Origin: Paramicrosporidium saccamoebae KSL3
Taxonomy: Eukaryota > Fungi > Cryptomycota
Direction: 5' to 3'
DNA: 16,266 nucleotides
Assembly (NCBI GenBank): GCA_002794465.1
Contig: MTSL01000220.1
Coordinates: 13,620 to 29,885, forward strand
Position 1 is the stretch's first letter; every line of letters begins with the position of its first letter. The position numbers were made by a program, and so were the translations under genes. Positions 13,383 to 16,266 of this stretch are shown piece by piece. The notes under the pieces were generated by a model. It had not been told where the DNA came from, did no database searches, and was given only the letters and a program-made list of their open reading frames with translations.

Positions 13383-16172
13383 TCCGTACCACTTGCCCCA
13401 GAGCTGCCCCCTCGTGCCGCCTCTCTTGATACTCTGACGCAAATGGCCATGCTCGACCGAACCACTTCTCTGTCTCATATATTGGCATCCAAGACTGCCA
13501 CCCTCAACACCTCCACCGACCCCGTCATTCGTTCCTGCGAAACTCTCAAACGGAGCCGTTCTGGCGGTCTGTCTGGACTATTAAAAAAGCTGAGAGGATC
13601 GGGACAGAGCATTAGTGATCCAGAACGGGCAGCACGTAAACAGGCGAGAGCATTGAGAAGGACCCGGTCGCTGGGAGCCATGCAGATCCTGACCAAGGAT
13701 TACTTTAAATTTGATGTTCCCGGAGAAGGAGAGGGAGGACTGTTAGCATCCCCGATTAGTCAGACTACCGATGGGATCGAGGGTCTCAGTCTTAAGAGTC
13801 AGGAAGATGAATACCTTGGCAGTCCGGGATCTCCAACATTGCAAGAAATCCTGTCAATGCAGACTGACTTGGGGGTGCTAAAGGTAACGTTGTACTGTTG
13901 AATACACTGATTTTACTAGATGGAGGGACAGGATAGCTCGCGCAATTCATTCACCGAGGAATGTGAACTGGTGGAAATCCCCGATAATGTCGATGCTGAT
14001 AAAACGTGCGATATTCCATTGGATATTCAAGAGGAGTCCCAAACCAGTTCCAGCGAACCCGAGCCGCACCAGGCCAAACTGATGGATGCCGTCATGAAAG
14101 GCTTTACTGCTTGTTTGGTAAAAAAGGCAACTTCGGCCAAAGAATCTAAAAGACCATCTTTGGATGGGTTCCTGGCTGATTTGAAAAAATCCCTGCCCAG
14201 AAGATACAGCGAGCAGGTCGATTTTATCCATCGACGTGTGTCCGATTTGGTCCAAGAATCTACGGCTGTGATTAAACAGAGAAGCAGTCAGACAGGCTCT
14301 ATATCTGTACCTGCTACTGCGACAGGTTCTGTATCTGCTGCTGAGACAGAACTGGAATGCAGCCAAGCGGGTCATCTCTATAGACGCTCATCAGATCCAG
14401 CCCAGGAATCCCGAGACCGTCATATTGTGTACTCCCTCCCCTCTCCTGCTCCCAGCACTGTGGACGAACAGTTGCAATCTGTGCTGGAGCGTTATTGTGT
14501 CATCAAGGAGCTTGCAGAGACGGATCCAGAGGCGCCCATTGTCAATGAGCTGCTCCAAGAATTGGATGAGATTGTCTGTGGATTGGGACGCACACCCATT
14601 GTGGACGTTGCCGAGAGTATGGCTCATTTAGACTTTAACGCATGCGGCGACTTGTTAAATTGCCAGGAAGAAATCCTTTCCCCTGTGGAACTTCCCCAGA
14701 CGCCCTTGGTCCGCGATCTTTCACATGAGATCCTGGCCCTGAACTCTCCTCAGAGTGTAGCGGCTCCCTCTTCGGACATGTTCAGCGACCTGGTAAGGAA
14801 GCCGAAGAAGACTTTGGCATTCTCCACCTCCCGATCCATGATCATGTCACTCAGTCGTCCCGAACTTGGATATTATGGGACAACCAATGACGAAGAAATG
14901 ATTGAAATTGAAGACAAGCCGAATGATCCCTTGTTATTGCAGATATTTGAGAACCATCGTAGTTGCATGCAGTATGGCCGCACAGCATTGCCGCAGTCCT
15001 TTACAGAGCTACAGATTACTCTCGCCCGCTTTGCAGATGACATTGACCTGACCCGCGACTCGGCTGACCCGAAACATCTTTTCTTGATTCCATTAAACGA
15101 GGCAAGCGTCCCACGATGGGTAAAGCCGGGGACTAGATTCAGAATCGGTCGAAACAGTCCCTGGTTACAGGGAAAATCACGTGTCGTCTCACGAAATCAC
15201 TGCGAAGTGTTCCACGACATTGATTGCTTCTTCATCTGCGATGTGGGAAGCTCCAGCGGGACCTTTATCAACGGGATTCGCCAGGCCGAGGAGGAGCAGA
15301 GCTGCGTTCCTCGGGCGCTGGAAAGCGGCGACATTGTGCAGATGGGTGTGGACTTTTATGCCGAGTCTGACCCGCTGGGAAATTTGGCTCTGGATTTCCG
15401 ATGTGTGCAAACACTCGTTTTGCTGGGATATCCTAAAAAGGCGACGGCCGGAACGCCCGCCGAAACCGATCTTGTCAATAGTCAGCGTGTGGCCAATTCC
15501 CAGTCCGCCTTGGTCAGCTGGAAGCAAATACAGAAAGCCACGCTAAAGGCCCGTAAATTCCCCACCCGTCTTGAGGGAGGCAATCTAAAGATTTACATGG
15601 AGTTGGGCGATTTGGTCCATGCAGATGGAGCCGGCATGGCGGTTGTATTCCGTGAGGACCAGCCGGCCTTTTCAGCCATCTTTAACAATTACAAAATGAA
15701 CTGGGAAATGGCCATGACCGACGCAGAAGGTTCATCTACCATTGTCCTAGATGTTCTGCCCAATTCTACCACGGCCTACAGTGTCATGCGCGAGTTGGCC
15801 GATTTGGGTCGAGTTACTGCCGTGACTCCGCAAAAGCTCGTCATCAATCCAGCCTGCTCCTATGGCCACACTGAAGAGCTTACTCCCTTCAGTGCCTCCG
15901 TTTCATTAGAGGACCTCACACCCACCTCCCTCACCGCCACGCCCTTTTACACAATCTCCGGCGATGACGCCACTTTTTACATCCTACAACGATCCCATAC
16001 CGATCGCCGTCAAATCTTCCTTGGAGAGGCTACTCTAACCACCAAGAAGAGCCGATGGGGCAAGAAGGGCCACATGCTCGAAGCCCGATTGGTGTTACCA
16101 GAGGGACACGAGCAACTGATAGTCCTAGGAATCTTGCTTTCGGCCCTGTTTAAAATTGAGAATACGAAATAG
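13377..16172 (+). CDS. FHA-domain protein with long low-complexity N-terminus and a beta-rich C-terminal domain, 2 exons, 919 aa
   Basis: Exons 13377-13883 and 13920-16172 join the two ORF-track entries. FHA at about 15135-15350: RIGR...KSRVVSRNHCEV...DVGSSSGTFING...GDIVQMG, Dma1/Vps64-like in sequence. No RING is seen after the FHA. Confidence 0.75.
13884..13919 (+). other. Spliceosomal intron, 36 nt (FHA gene, phase 0)
   Basis: GTAACG...ACTGAT-TTTACTAG. Contains the in-frame TGA at 13899-13901 that ends the upstream ORF. Confidence 0.8.
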
Positions 16173-16266
16173 ATGGACTGTGCAGAGTAGAATCAATACA
16201 AAATTTTGTGTAAGAGTACATCTATGGACCAAGGATCCGAATAAGGAGGCTGTTTATGAGCGAGAG

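Noticed and set aside
5241-16172. Apparent cluster of phospho-signalling genes (PP2A-B56, PP1 adaptor, FHA protein)
   Set aside because: They are interspersed with unrelated housekeeping genes and share no visible regulatory motif; eukaryotic gene order gives no reason to infer a functional cluster.
1-16266. tRNA, rRNA, CRISPR arrays, transposases or terminal inverted repeats; the remaining short ORFs in the track
   Set aside because: None recognised. The 121-nt-period repeat has no spacer structure and no 5S rRNA sequence features. The remaining short ORFs overlap the called genes in other frames or strands.

Overview
Eukaryotic, extremely compact fungal-like genomic DNA, not prokaryotic. 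It holds 11 supportable protein-coding genes, several split by introns that the ORF track does not model: mitoribosomal mL44 (-), TRM5 (+), HAS1 (+), RPL22 (+), PP2A B56/RTS1 (-), RPL27 (+), a T4/phage-type ATP-dependent DNA ligase (-), TFIIE-alpha/TFA1 (+), a Bni4/Phactr-type PP1 regulator (-), a Kre9/Knh1-like GPI protein (+) and a large FHA protein (+). Ten canonical GT-AG introns are only 29-36 nt long and some intergenic gaps are 13-59 nt. Together with mitochondrial translation genes, this suggests a Rozellomycota / short-branch microsporidian-like organism (inference only). The strongest unusual signal is in RPL27: the natural reading frame is restored only by a 123-nt AT-AC intron with U2-type, not U12-type, signals. 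That intron contains a GC-rich hairpin flanked by C/D-like boxes and a competing GT donor. Other highlights are an intron-containing phage-type ligase with a probable mitochondrial presequence starting 13 nt from the TFA1 ATG, a shared ACCCTRG motif upstream of three ribosome-related genes, and a 121-bp tandem duplication of an entire intergenic region. All splice models were worked out by hand and family assignments come from remembered motifs, not database searches.
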